Part shown: positions 43,857 to 58,352 of the stretch, piece by piece | Layout of the letters: every line of letters begins with the position of its first letter | How positions within the stretch are numbered: position 1 is the stretch's first letter | NCBI RefSeq assembly: GCF_964355755.1 | Contig: NC_092676.1 | Location: 2,113,788 to 2,177,787, forward strand | Length of the DNA stretch: 64,000 nucleotides | DNA from: Antedon mediterranea | Taxonomy: Eukaryota > Animalia > Echinodermata | Direction: 5' to 3' | Notes under the pieces: model-generated | What the model saw: only the letters and a program-made list of their open reading frames with translations | Told to the model about the DNA's origin: nothing | Database searches by the model: none | Position numbers and translations under genes: made by a program

Positions 43857-44924
43857 GGCAATTTAATAGAAATTGCAGATAACAAGTCCTTTCTTTCATG
43901 CTACATAGTAGTATCACTATTATTAATTAACCGCTGCACTTCCAGGCGGCCAGGCTGAAAGCAGATGTCCACCTCATGCTCACCTTAAGTGAGCCCTCAA
44001 AATCAATGTCTGGCCCTGAAAAAGACCAGCTGAAATCAAAGAAAGGAGTGGATGCCTACCGATGGAGGGAGACTCCAGCAGGCAGGGAGGCCTAGCCAAA
44101 AACTTCATTTTAGTCCAGTATTTGAACACTTTATCGATTTACGAATCTACAAGTATGAAATATATCTACTTATTACCTATTAAACGTTTTACCTTATTAT
44201 TTTGAATTATGTGTATTTCTTTTCTACGTTCTATTACGACACTTCTTTCACGACACATGCAGCGAACAACAACCTCACATGTGAAATAAAAATGGAATTT
44301 TGTTTATAGCGCCCTCAAAAAAGTGTTTGCGCCAAATTTAAAGATGTCCGTCCAGTGCAGTGTACTTTACCATGGAACTATCTTATAGTTCCATGACTTT
44401 ACTATTATTGATGTCGGCCCTTATTTACACGAGACATAAATAAATTATAAACTCAACAATTAAATATTTTATTCAATTTATTATCAAAATATTAATTAAA
44501 CTCCATTTATAAATTATGGAATTCAACAATTCACATATTTCAAAAGAAAACAAGGCAGCGCTTCCAAATTAAAATACAAAGGTACCTGCTGTAGGAGTAA
44601 AAAAAATAAACTCAGAAATGTTGGGGTTGTGGTTGACATAAACACCTAATGGCACATTAAAATGACAGCACACTTATATTTTAATGATTGCTTGGAAGTT
44701 TGTAACAACAATAATAATCTGTTTGCTCTATTAAATATTTCTTTTTTTTTCTCTAGCATTTCCCATTGTGAAATACAGGTAAAGTATATACATTTCTTCT
44801 ATATGAGTTGTTCATACTCAAGTTTATAGCTTTTATTTACTTTACTTTTTACACAGTGTTGTATGTAATTGTGCTCTGTATTTTGGCCGTTTTTCAATAT
44901 TTGATATACGAATAATGCATGAAT

Positions 44925-47900
44925 TCATTTGATTCTGTCCCATCTCCATATGGTGGCATCATCGCAGGCATAAACCAGAACACTGCCATCTCTTGACAAC
45001 GACGTCTGACGTATCGCTGAATTACAATCAGGATGGCCCAACTTGATGAACCTTTGGAAAACAGATTATCAGTTAAGTTATTTACGTAGTAAATGTAAAT
45101 ATATAAAACATTATGAAAAAATACTGTTTCACCGGATCTATCCTTTAAGTCAATTAACTTACTTTGCTTGCGAAGGGTCGTCAACATCTAAGTCCCATAC
45201 GTACGTTTTACCAATTTGGTTGCCTTGCGCCAAAATCTGAAATATAACAGTTTTTAACATTGCATTTCCTAGGATCTCTTTTCAATTTAATTGTTGTTCT
45301 CATTGTGTTTTGGCTGGCAAGGTGGAGAACATGGTAAAGTGATTACAGTACAGGAAAAAATGGTTTAAAGAAGTATTATTAGTTATCATTATTATGATGA
45401 TTTTAAGTATGTTAAATAAGATCTATAATCATTCAAATTAAAAAAAATTTTTTTTTTTTTTTTCACATTTATATTTGTGTACTCATGCAGTAATTTATTT
45501 ATTATCATTTATTCAACTTTATTTTACAAGGGTAACTAACAGCTGTACTACAGCAGTACAGATGACTTGAAGAGGCCATCTTAAAACCAATAAAAAAATA
45601 TAATGTAATGAGATAAAGAGTTTTACCTTTTGAAAGTAGTCCATACTGAACCTCATAAACCAGATATCACAGTTTGCGTATTCCAGTTTGTGAAGCATTG
45701 TTACTTGCTTGTTGTTGGATTTCTTTATTTTATTAATATCTTCATCAATGTCACCAGGTTTCCAACATACAATACGGTTTTCACAGGACTGAAGATTGAA
45801 AAGAAACCAATTTATTAGAAAATCCCCTGAATAATATCTAATTAAATAATATGAGTGTAACAATTTAACAAATAAAGAGACAGAACACGTTTTAAAATTA
45901 AATTTATTTCGATATATTGACCATTTTCAAGAATCTAAGGGCTCATCTTTGTCAACGAGTGATGAATTAACTAATGTGATTTAGTTGATTGACTGAGCAT
46001 GCTCACAATAACAACAAACATTTGTGTACACTAACCTTAGAGAGGACAAAGTTTCCGAGCCATCGAACGCAATCAACATAATTGCGATGAATATCACGAG
46101 TTGTGAAATTAGGTATGTGTACGTACAATGTCTTAAATGGACTAGAAAAAAGATTAAATATAAAAGAAAAAAATAATATGGATTATTCCATGCTTTCATG
46201 TGAAATTCTCAACATAGTTGGTATAAACTAAACACACTCAATTAAAAAAAAAGCAAGTAATATATACAGTAATGCATAAATAGGTGAAATGGCATAAATA
46301 TTTAAACGTTAGATTAAGCTATATATTTTACCAAAATCCTCCCTCACTCTCTTTTTTTAAACCAAGAAAAAACTCTGCTTTCTTACACCTGTATCACCCT
46401 TAAATCGTCTTTCTATTACCTTTTAAAGCTAAACAAAATTGCTTACCGGTTTGTCTTTGTTTGGTTGTACGTATACGATGTCTTGATAGCCTCCTCTACA
46501 TCGTCCGTGTTCATACACCATATTTTAAGCGAATGATCCATACCACATGACACGACTCGCTCGCCATCTACATCAAAATCCTACCCCCAAAAAAAAAAAA
46601 AACCAAACGACTTTAAAATAAATGTAATGTAACCTACAGAATGGTATTCTAAAAGTATATATTGGATGAAAACAATTTAGCCAGGCTTTGGGTCTGTTCT
46701 ATAGTTACCAACAATAGATTTTCTTCATCTGTACTTCTGTACTATGAATGGATGATTGACTATTTGGAGCACAAAACTAGTTCATAACCATAACCAGTAT
46801 AAGTACCATCTACATTTTAAAACTTTTTAAAGATTACCTCGTGCATTAAGCAACTTCTAGAGGTTTAGGTATATACTTACTGCACTTAAAACTTCGTCTC
46901 TGTGACCTTCGACCCCTCCAAGAACCACCACTACTAAATCAGTCTTCAAATTCCATAGACGAATTGATTGATCTAAGAGAAAGACAATATTAAAATTAGG
47001 ATTAAATAACAGAGACAAAACATTTTTCTTTGAATTGAAAATAAACAAAATTGACATAGATATTGCCTCATATAGACGTAGTGGCGAGTCTTCAACTTAC
47101 CCTTACTAACAGATAACAACAGATTACAATCTTTGGGGTGAAATTTCAATTCATTTATAGCGTTTCCATGAGCACCATAATGCTGAAAAGTAATAATTAA
47201 AATCACAATCATCACACAATTCTTAAAAGGGGAATTTTCTATGACAGTTAAAGATATTGGTCCAATAGTGCAAGTGATATCCCAACAGACCTGCTATTAG
47301 GGAAATCCCCTATTACATCACTAACCTTAACACACTGCATAGTAATTGGGCTGATAATTCGAATGATGCCTCTAGACCCTGCAACAGCTAACAGTGGAAG
47401 TCCTGTTGATTCCTCATAAGTCCAAGCACATGTGTAGAAATTTTCCATAGACTAAAATGTTGTTATGGAATAAAGATGCTATAAATTCTGGGTATTATGT
47501 AATCTAGTCTATTATGATTTCTTAATTCCTTATCAGCCATTCAAATATGAAGTTCTTTATTTAAAGAAGAGTTAATAAATTGGAGTATGTTAGTTCTTTA
47601 GAACATTCTAAAGCCTTGTCTACACTATCAAACTTTATGTGACAACATATATGGACATGATGTCAATGATGTCATATCACTACCATATTTGGGCACCTCA
47701 CAGTTTTTTGTCAAACTAGGTTGATAGTGTAGACAGAGCTTAAAGGGAACACTTTCCTGTGAAACAAATAAGAGAAAACATTACAGCCAACCCTTCAGGA
47801 GACACCAATATAAAGGGGAGACCCATAAATGTAATGAATAATAAATACATACAATGTATATTATATAATAACAATATTTTCTTAATAAAAAACTTATAAA

Positions 47901-49475
47901 GGATACGTCAGCATCAATATAACTCTGTAGTATATTGATTCCTCCATCTTCCTGCAACTCATAAATACTAACTCTGTTACTGCCAACAGTTGCAAACACC
48001 AGCGCATCACCTGGTTTATGGTAATGATTAAATTGAATACCAAATATAGGCAGGCCGTGATCTTCTTTGACGCTACAGCGATATTTATACTGTAACTTAC
48101 AACGTTTGATCTTACATCTTCCTCTCCCCCAACGTCCCCTACCCGGACCTGTTGTTGGTGGCGTGTCCGAGCGGGGGACGCTATCGATGGTTGGGGTACT
48201 GGTTTCTGATCGATCACACAACTCCTGAGGAAATAATTTACATTACAAAGTAACAAAGAAAGTTTATACATTTTTGGGGATTTTTTTTTACGCCGTGGCT
48301 AAAGATACGGTACCGTATTCTAACTTCTGTTTACTAAAGGTACGGTAAAATTGCATTACGTCATAACCAGCCAATGGGGTGCTGGTACGTGTGTGACGTC
48401 ATCGTATAAGGACTTTGGATTTTTTTCATATCGCGAAAACAGTGATCAACCGCATTTTCTTTATGTTTCATTTATCGCTATTATCGCCGTCGTGTGTGAC
48501 AAAAACTAAATGTAGCCTACGTCTGTTATTATTATTGAAAAGCCAAAACATGTTGATTTTAATTCTAGAATACAGAAAACCGTTTCAAAAGAGGCCTAGG
48601 CCTACTTACTACGTACTATAACCTCATATATGAGTTTGTTTGTGTTAGAAAGCGATGCCAGGCTGGGGCCAGCTGCATGTGTGCGCTGATTTCTGTGACT
48701 CAGCCCTGGGGCTACTGTCTAAAAATCATAGTATTTGAGGGCCCCTTTATTGTCCGCATTTGCTTGTTGTTTATGGTCACCATTGTAAACAAAGTTTAAT
48801 AAAAAATATAGGCCTAAAGGCCATTTGGAATATAAATAAAACCCTCCGATCAGCGCACACACATCCATGCAGCATGGCGCCGCCGACAGGAATTGTCTAC
48901 ATACAAGTACAACAGACGCGATATGAAAAAAAATCAAAAGTCCTTATACGATGACGTCACACACGTACCAGCACCCCATTGGCTGATTATGACGTAATGC
49001 AATTTTACCGTACCTTTAGTAAACAGAAGTTAGAATACGGTACCGTATCTTTAGCCACAGCGTTTTTTTTATTTCGGAGTTTTAAAAAAATATTATTTTT
49101 ATAGGCACTATTGATAATTAACTTTATTGTTTTAAATCAGACTACTTATGTATCTATCATTTGTGGTTTAGCTATAACTAACTTAGGCTAGGCCTAGGCC
49201 CAGAGTAGCACACCGGTTGTTTATTCATTTACACCTGGTCGACGGACGGACCTCACTCAGTCACACATGTTAATTGTTATGTTGGTGTGTGTCCAGCTAG
49301 GCCTAGCCTAGAATCTTTTCGTTGAGTGTTACAGTATAAAAACCACATTAATATTTTTATAAGTTACCTCATTTAGAAGTTCATCTCCAGAGGCTCCATT
49401 AGATGATGCAGTATCGGCTGCTTTTTGACATCTTTTTAAGGAATTATCAAGTTCTTCCTCATGAATTTCATCCAT
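44925..49475 (-). CDS. EED: Polycomb protein EED/ESC (PRC2 WD40 subunit), about 10 exons
   Basis: [103 protein letters not shown]. Confidence 0.97.
47452..47906 (-). other. U12-type (minor spliceosome) GT-AG intron in EED
   Basis: 5' site GTATCCTTT (47906-47898); branch-like TTCCATAAC (47470-47462) about 10 nt before the AG. Confidence 0.88.
48291..49042. mobile_element. MULE-like MITE in EED intron 1
   Basis: About 145-bp near-perfect TIRs (CGCCGTGGCTAAAGATACGGTACCGTATTC...); 9-bp TSD TTTTTTTTA; related end fragment at about 31468-31527. Confidence 0.88.
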
Positions 49476-50674
49476 AGTTTAAAAATCTAAAACCGCGAAA
49501 TTTATTGTTTTGTTATATATAGCGCCTCAAACGGCGAACAAAACTAATTTAGTCTTCATGAACCAGTTTGTTTTTCACAAAACACACCAATAAAATCAAC
49601 ACATTTGAAAATAGTTTTCAAATTAATAATTTACTGAATTTAATATATTTTGTTGCAATAACGACGGTACTTTACCATGCAGATAGTACATTTATTTAGT
49701 AATAAAGTTTTACATTCACTCATAAAATCACAATCTATTTAAACATATAAAAATATATAATATTGTATTCCCTAATATATCTGAGAACTGACACGGACAA
49801 AACATTTAAAACTGCATTGGAAAATAACTATATAAGCATACACTCAAGTACGAAAATAAAAACTTAAGGCAAGAGTCCATTCACGTGGTATCCATAGTTA
49901 CAGTACACATTTTAGACTTATGAATAATTCATAATTACTTGGCTGCAATAATTCATTATGCAAATACAAGGAGGGTTAGGAACTCACCACGTATCTCCTT
50001 TTGTATACCATACTGGCTTGTTAATAGAAACTTATAGAGAAGTTCAAAGGTTTATATTACTATTACTACACACTACTACCCAATTTCAATTCAACAGGTC
50101 ATCCAACAATTTCGATTCAACAGGTCACCCCAACAACCCCACCCCGCTGATGAGGCTACAGTGCTTGTTGTAACAATTTTACCAATTGTAACAAAATTAT
50201 CAATAAAATACTAATTTCAATGCCACAATAACATATACACAATGTGTACTAAAAGTAGGTGAGGTATGGAATTTTAAAATAGTCTGTACACAGGGAAGGA
50301 GAAATGAAGTCCTGAAGTTAATCTAATGTCCTTAATTTTTGCATTGTAATTTTCAAAACGTAGGTGAACTGGTCCCAGGTCTTTGAGAAGAAATCTTAAT
50401 CATTAAATAAAATACATATACTGTATAGACAGGTAAATTTTTGCTTACACAGAAACTTGACTACATTTACCATAGAGGAATACAGTAGATGACTTCTGTA
50501 CCATAAAATTGGGCAACATATGTCAGCTGTACCATAAAATTAGGCAACATGTGCCCACTGTACCATAATGTTTTGTTGTAAAAAAGATACTTCAATCAGT
50601 TAACATGTATGACCACAGTGCTATCAAACTGTGTAACATATTTACTTGTGGGCCAAACAACTAGATACATTCAT

Positions 50675-53600
50675 TTATTTGAGTCGCTGAGTTATATTTG
50701 CCAAGGCAACAGCAAATGCTTGTATTGAGGAGAATGGATACTGGAAATCCAAGGTATAAGCATGTCCATCGATACGACCAAATTGTAGCACCTAAAATAA
50801 AAGAAAATTGAAAAAATATTGTTTATCAAATTATTAAAAAATATATATTTAAATGGTTTGTTTTTAATAACAAATTTTTATTTTTCATTTTCAATCTTTC
50901 TTTAATACATTGGAATACAAAAAAAAAGCAAATATTTAATAAATTTGGTAAACAGTATGCTTTGATTTAAAAAAATACAACTAAAAAAAAACACACCGGG
51001 TCGCTTTCTTATTTCTGAACATTATATCATATTCAACCCCCAGTATTTATTTATTCATGCATTTTAAACATCACAGTAATTATTTACCTGCTTGTCATTA
51101 TGTTCCACTTGAAAATTTTTAGCCGATTCTTGCGTCACCCTGCCGCCAAAGTCCAGCTGATAAACCTGCGTGTTCTCGTTCCAAAGGGGCGCTTTATTAT
51201 GCATAAAATGAACCTCAGCCTTACTCGATGAATACTCTTGTATTAACTTTGCTTTCTTACTGACCTTTGACCCATTGCTATCTACACCAACGCATAACAA
51301 CTCTTCAAAGTTCAGCGACATTGGTTGCTGCGCTTTTGCATTTATTTCAACCGGTTTCTGCGTATCATCAGGTGCAGCTTGTAAAGATGATTTCAACTTG
51401 ATACTGTTTACATCACCTGGTTTTGTGTTTCTAAATGGAATGGGGTATCTTTGTTTAGGTACATTTGATGCCGTATTACCGCTGGCAATTAATTGTTTCG
51501 TTTCCGTGGTATCAATCTCAACATTATCATCTCCTGCCGGATCCCCAACAGGAAAATGCGTTTCATCCGGTAACAGACCGTTCGTTTTTGACGTATGATC
51601 TACATAATTATTCCTTTGTTTGTTCAATGTTTTTTTATGTCCATTTACGATTCCAAGGTGTTTGCTACATACTTTACTTTTTGTTTGAGCCCATCGCTCC
51701 TCGCTGTCGCTATCCTCTAAACCAAGGTTAAGCTGTGCATGCGCGCCATTTTCAATCACCTCGTCACCATCGTCTAGAAATGCCGCAGTCCGTAAAACTC
51801 TCTGTGAGGATTTTGGTATTGCACCTTGTTTTATATGTACAGATTTGTCCGTTTTTTTCGTCGGTAATAACACCTTATTTACACTGCCTGTAGTATTGTC
51901 TTCATAATCACAATAATTCTCTGTCGATTGTCTTTCTTCTTCTTTTGTTTTTGAATCTCCCTGTTTTTTCCTTTTTTCAAAATTATTTACTGGAGCTACC
52001 GTTACTTCTTTTAAAGGAGTTTGCCAGTTCTTAAGGTCTATTTTATCATTTGCTTCATCTAAAAAAGAAATAGGTTAAATCATTTTAATGAATCTTTTTA
52101 TCATGCATGAGATATGCAGTATTTCAGAATCACTAATTTAGGTACTGCTTTATATTTATTTTGGTAAAAATGTTGTATTTACAAAAGTACTGTACAGTTT
52201 AAATAACAATAACAAATGCAATAAAAATGAATAAAAAGGTACAACAATATCGCTCTGTATCTCGCTTTGGCTCTATGAACTATTTTTTAGCATATTTATT
52301 GTAGGATAGGTGATTCTGTTTAAATCTTTCGGTTCTCGTTTTTAAATGTCATCATGTAGTGCCTAAGATAGTACTAAAGGATATAGTTAAAGCACAAATA
52401 CTAAAGAAATGTATGTATAGGATATGATTGTGTGTACAGGATAGCCTTAGATTAATACACTTAAATATTTGTATTATGTTTTACTGTTGCTTTATTCTGG
52501 ACAGATACACAAACATTTGATAACAAATGAATAGTAATAAATAGAAATTACCTGAATCATCGTCATCATCACTGAATGAATTCAAACTAAGTGCTGTATC
52601 AGTGTTTTGTTGTAACTGATCTGTCAACTGTACCAACGCTATACTCATCTGTCTTGGCTGTAGATGTAGCAAACTTGTCTTGTAGTTCACTTGACCCATG
52701 TTAGCCGGTAGGAATGACGCTAAACCGTGGATCTTGAACTTTGTACCCCATATATTTGACGTTACTGCAACCAATTTTTCATGCTTAAATCAAAACAATA
52801 TTTTTGTCAAATAATACAAAAACAAAATAAGTATTTCAAGATTATTTACATTAAAGTTATACAGCAAAAACATTCAAATAAAAGGGGACACCTTTGTGTC
52901 AAAGTGTCTCTCTACTGGGAAGGCCCTGAATAGGAGTTGGTCCTAGTGTTACTGTAACATATATAAGAAATTTCCCCTTAAATTCTGTATCTAACCTGAG
53001 GCAGATTGTCTATAAATAGACTATCATATTTGCCTTCTGCTATACTGCCATTTGTGTTTACATGCTTAGTGTCATTGCTATACTAACCTGTGGCAGATTG
53101 TCTATAAATAGATTATCATAGTTGTCTTCTGCTATACTGCCATTTGTGTTTACATGCTTAGTGTCATTGCTATACTAACCTGTGGCAGATTGTCTATAAA
53201 TAGATTATCATAGTTGTCTTCTGCCATATTGCCATTTGTGTTTACATGCTTAGTGTCATCAGACACTTGAAAGCAGGAGTTGCTTACAGACTTGTTATCA
53301 TTTAAACATCCTTGCTCATCATTATCTATGATAATAATTAAACAAATTTATTATGATTATGAACGTATCAAAATCCCCGTTATCATTTCAATTGACATAA
53401 TCTTTACCATTTTCAAAAATTATCCTCTACTTTGTTAATATGCTATCATTACATCATCTTCATATTTATTATCTTTATCATTACCATCACAATCATTAAT
53501 TTAGAGATATTTTAATAATAATAAATAATATCAAACATTTATAAAATAGGTGAGTTTTTAGGAGCGATTTGAATTGAAAAAAGGATGGATTGTAACAGAT

Positions 53601-56600
53601 GGAACGAGGAAGAATTGTATGATAAACACTTACTTAACTTTACATCATTCTGTGCTTTTGGATCATAAATAACAAACTCAGTACATAACTTGCTGATCCT
53701 ACGCCCTTTTAGAAGGGGTACTAAACCGCCAAGGTATTCCAAAAACAGGGTATAGCATGGGTTAGAGTTGCTCGTCTCTTCACCGGCTTTCACCATGGTG
53801 CAATGAAGGCGTTGATTATTAGGCGGTGGTTGACTTATAAACTCACGAAGCTTACACGGTTCTGGAATGCATCCCTAAAGAGAATAAATACATTCATTAT
53901 TTAGAATTTATTTCTTTCTGATAATATTTATTGTCTAAATATTATCAATAAAAAGAAAAATACAAATTTGAGAAAAAAAATGACGTCAACAAACCTTAAC
54001 TGTATTGTAGTATCTTTCAGATACAAAGTTCTTCAACCTTCCTGGCAAGGTGAGGCTACTAACCGCTTTTTCCTCTTTCATAATCGACACGACGACTTCT
54101 CTACACAGAATTTGTAACGGCGCAATCTGTTTCTCTACCCAAGCCACGTGTAGAAGCGGACCGCATGCCACAAATATACGTTTATCGTCATGGCCCCATG
54201 TGAGCGCCGAAAGAGGATGCTGAAATTATAAAAATCGTATTAGTTTTAATATTGTGTGTATATATCGAGCCAATTCGCAATATTGTATCTAAATTTGTCC
54301 ACTACTATAGGCAAATTCTGTGACACTGTATTACTTTGAATATATTTCTTTATTATGTGAATTAATAAAATAATGATAAAGACGTTGCAATTACCTGTGA
54401 ATTAACATCTAATGAGAATCGCAAACGGCCATAAACATTATAAAAATGAACGTAGTTGTTTTCATTTTGTTCCAGAACCCCTCCAACGGCCAAGAATAAC
54501 CCACATTTACTCCACTCCATTACAGTATCTAAAAATGTAGTAAACATTTATCTGGTTATATAATATAATCAACAAAAACGGCCAGAAGTGATCGTCATAT
54601 TTCAAGGAGTCAAATAATCTTCTTTAAAATGATTATTTTTTTATATTTGGTGTATGCCAGACTTGCGTAGCATCCACTTACTTTACAACACAAAATTGGT
54701 TTGAAATGTGCTTTTACCAATGTACTTAATTACAGCACGTTAGCTTTTATCCACATTATAGTAATTTGTGAATGAAAAGGTTACTTAGTTTTCTCATTAA
54801 AATAATTAAATACTTAAATACTATACAAATAACGTGTAATGATTGATAATTACCTTTCATTCCGGTCCTGATTAAAATAGGTGTAATATCATCATGTGAT
54901 TTCATTAATTGGATATCTCCATTTCCTATATCAACCGCCATGATAGCTGGATGCTTTTTACTGCTGCGACGTTTTGCAACATCTAAGAAAGAAAAAAGAA
55001 TTTGATGATATTGATTCTTGTAAAACAACATCTAAAATAATGTTGTTGCAAATATTAAATATCAACAAATACTGTAATGAAGTATACTATATATAATTTA
55101 TAAACAACAAATTATTACATGTGTCAACTTACTACTTTTTTTCCGTCTTCTTTCAGGTTTTTCATCTGATTCTTCTTCGATAACATTTATCATGCGAAAT
55201 TTTTCTACGGACCACATGATTTTCCTGATTTCACGATCCTCGCATAACATTGATTGCAGGACAATAGCCCCATGGATGTCCATGATCATTACTTGACCAC
55301 TGTTTGTACCAAGAATGACCTGCAAGAGGAGTGTACATTATATTAGAGGACAACTTTACCGAGGACCATATTTTAACAACGTATTAGGGATGTACATATG
55401 ATTTCAGAACCACCAAAAAATTAAGGATATCGCTGCACGTGCTCGGTATACAGCCGTCGCTGATTTTGCGATGCACCTGTGACATCACAACAATTTACGG
55501 CGACGGCTGTACAGCGAGCGCGTGCGGCGATATCCTTAAAGATGTATTGTCCCCCAAAAAATGAAAAATAAAGATGAAAAAAATCAAATTTTGAATAGAC
55601 CGTTTTGTAGTTAACATAAAGTTATTCACTTCCACCGAAAAAAAATCCGAGAAAAATATTGATTTCGCTTATAAAAAAATCAAAATAAGTTTACCATTTT
55701 TTCGAACTCATCGGCTCAGAAATTAGGCCGGTAGAGCTAACTCATACATATGCATGATATGTTAATGAGCATCCACACAGCAGAGATCTGATCTAACAAT
55801 GGACGATGCACGTTGTATGTACAACAACACCACCAGAGATCGACGCGACTCGACTGTGGGTTTCCCTGGCCTGATCGTATAAATATGTAAAGCTGAGCTG
55901 TTAATTTGTCGGTAAGTAGGCCTAGACGGTTATTTTAAATATAATAATATATATAACGCAATAATAACAGGAAGGTAAATTAATTAACTTAGCCTGGGAT
56001 TTTTTTCCGTTCAGGGCTAGGCCTAGAATAATTAATACATGCTGCTGCATATTACTAGGCTAGTAGTAGTAGTAAGCAGACTGTGACAATCGGGTCCGTG
56101 CAGAAGATGCCCAGCTAGGCCCTATACATTGTACTTCATAGACTGGCCTAGGCTATATGCCATCAATCTTAGCTACATTCCGAAAATACAGCCAGCTTGC
56201 TGTACCATATATATTTACAGTTGAAGCTTGTTTAACTAATTTTTATGATAAAAATAAAACAAACATTTTTCAGGGAAAATGGTTGCAATACAAGCCTGAA
56301 ATTGAGAACCTTCCAGCACCACTGTACAAGTAGACAGAGGGGAAAAGCCAGCTTAGCCATTTTACAAACAACACAAACAAATGTTTTCTGTACTGTAGTA
56401 AGTCAAATATTTATTTTCTCTTTTTATAAGTTATAACATTATAAGTAATGTGTTTTAATTACCATAGAAAGGTAGTATACTTATTTGACTGTCAAAGTAA
56501 GCAATTTCACTAGCCCAATTTTGCACTAAATATGCATGATCTATTTTTTCCAGATTTTCATACTTTGCTTTTACTTTTTTTAAAGACGTTGAGCTGATGA

Positions 56601-58312
56601 AGACTTGAACAGAGGTCACCCAAAGACAATGATAGACTCGGTATTGGAATATGATTAGATATTGCAGGAAAAATATTTCTGACTCTCCTGCTGCATTCAG
56701 CCAATATGTTCTTGTCCAGCTTGTAAAATATTGTATAATTTTTTTTGTATTATATGTACAGTATATTATTTTGTAAACATAACATTCAATAAATAAAAAA
56801 AAACTACTACAACAGTACACAGGATAAATTCTTCAAATTTACTTACACTTCATAATTTTACTGTAAATATTACAGTGCAAAAGGAGTTAATAAAATATAT
56901 ATATACAGTATATCTTATTGAATTCCTGTATTGTTTTTTGTGTCAATTTGTCTACTAATTATCAATGTGTTGATTGTGGCAGTAATTACGACAGCTATAG
57001 TCTTCTAAGATCGCTCACATCCATTACAAAGTGTCATTTTAATAGTAAGAAACGTTTCAATAAATTGTGAATGTTGCCACACTGTACGATACGTTTTATG
57101 TTTCTCACTACTTGCTCTTATTGTTCAATCAATCAACCTAAAAAAAAAAAGAAATTTGTGTCAAAATATCTGCATAAAATGTTTATTTGCGGAATGTTAA
57201 TTTGAACCTATTGCATTTGATACAGAAAATATTTTTTAAATAATGCATCAGTAAAACATCCAAAACAATATTTAGATTTTCTTTTTTTTTAATTTTCACT
57301 GCCGAATAGATAGTTGAAATCTTTAAAAATTAAACCAATTCATCATGATTAAAACAAAAATACATCCCTTCTGGTGGTGGTCTACTGTAGCCCTAGCTAG
57401 CAGTGTACTGCCTAGCCCTACTACACTCTACTTCTAGAGACTAGACAGAAGTAGGCAGCAGTTAGGCTACTCGAGACTGTCAGTGCTAGTAGTAGTTAGT
57501 AGACTAGTAGTACAGTAGCAGCAAATTCGGGCCTAGGCCTAGCTAGGCCTCTCCTGTTAGCGAAACAAAAACTCACCTAAGTTACCAACTGTAATTCTAA
57601 CTTAGCATTCTGCTAGCTATAGTTTTCGTGTTTTCTTCAAGATTCGTCTCGCATCACTACTCGACTCTCTCGCACGCATGCATTGCTATCGTTGTTGGCT
57701 GTTGATTTGGAAAGCATCATCATCCACACGATGTATCCATACAATATGAATATTTATGAGCTAACTCAGGTCAAGGGTTAAATTAAACCGGAACACATTT
57801 GTCTTCCAGACAAATAGCTTCCGGTTGGTTAATTTTTGCATTAAATTGCGATTTTCCCGTGTAAAAAAATATTTTTTTCAATCCAAATTGAGGTCAAAGT
57901 GAATAACTTTTATGTGCAATTAAAATGGCCCATTCAACAAAAATATTGAAAAAAAAATTTTTTTCAGGGGGACAATACATCTTTAATATCGCGATTTTAA
58001 TTACTGCTAAGATATTAGTGTACATATACTATTGAACATACTGCAATTACTGTTGGATAATTATTTTTATTTACAATGTCATTACATATGGCTCTACTAT
58101 TGTATACCGAAGCCTCAACCATGTGTAAATTTCATTGTGTGGTTAAAATAGTGAAAAACTATTAATTGTTAACGAATGTTTTACTAGTACAGTAACTCAT
58201 AAATTGAAAACTACATTTCCAAAAACTTTGTAAATGATGATAAGGCCTAAAAAAAAAAATTGTTTGTTTGCTGTCAAGTTTTTTTTTTTTGGTAGGGGGG
58301 CGGGTGGAAAAA

Positions 58313-58352
<40 letters not shown>

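Noticed and set aside
51275-51731. Plus-strand ORFs of 107 and 88 aa
   Set aside because: Antisense shadows of the large TULP4 exon
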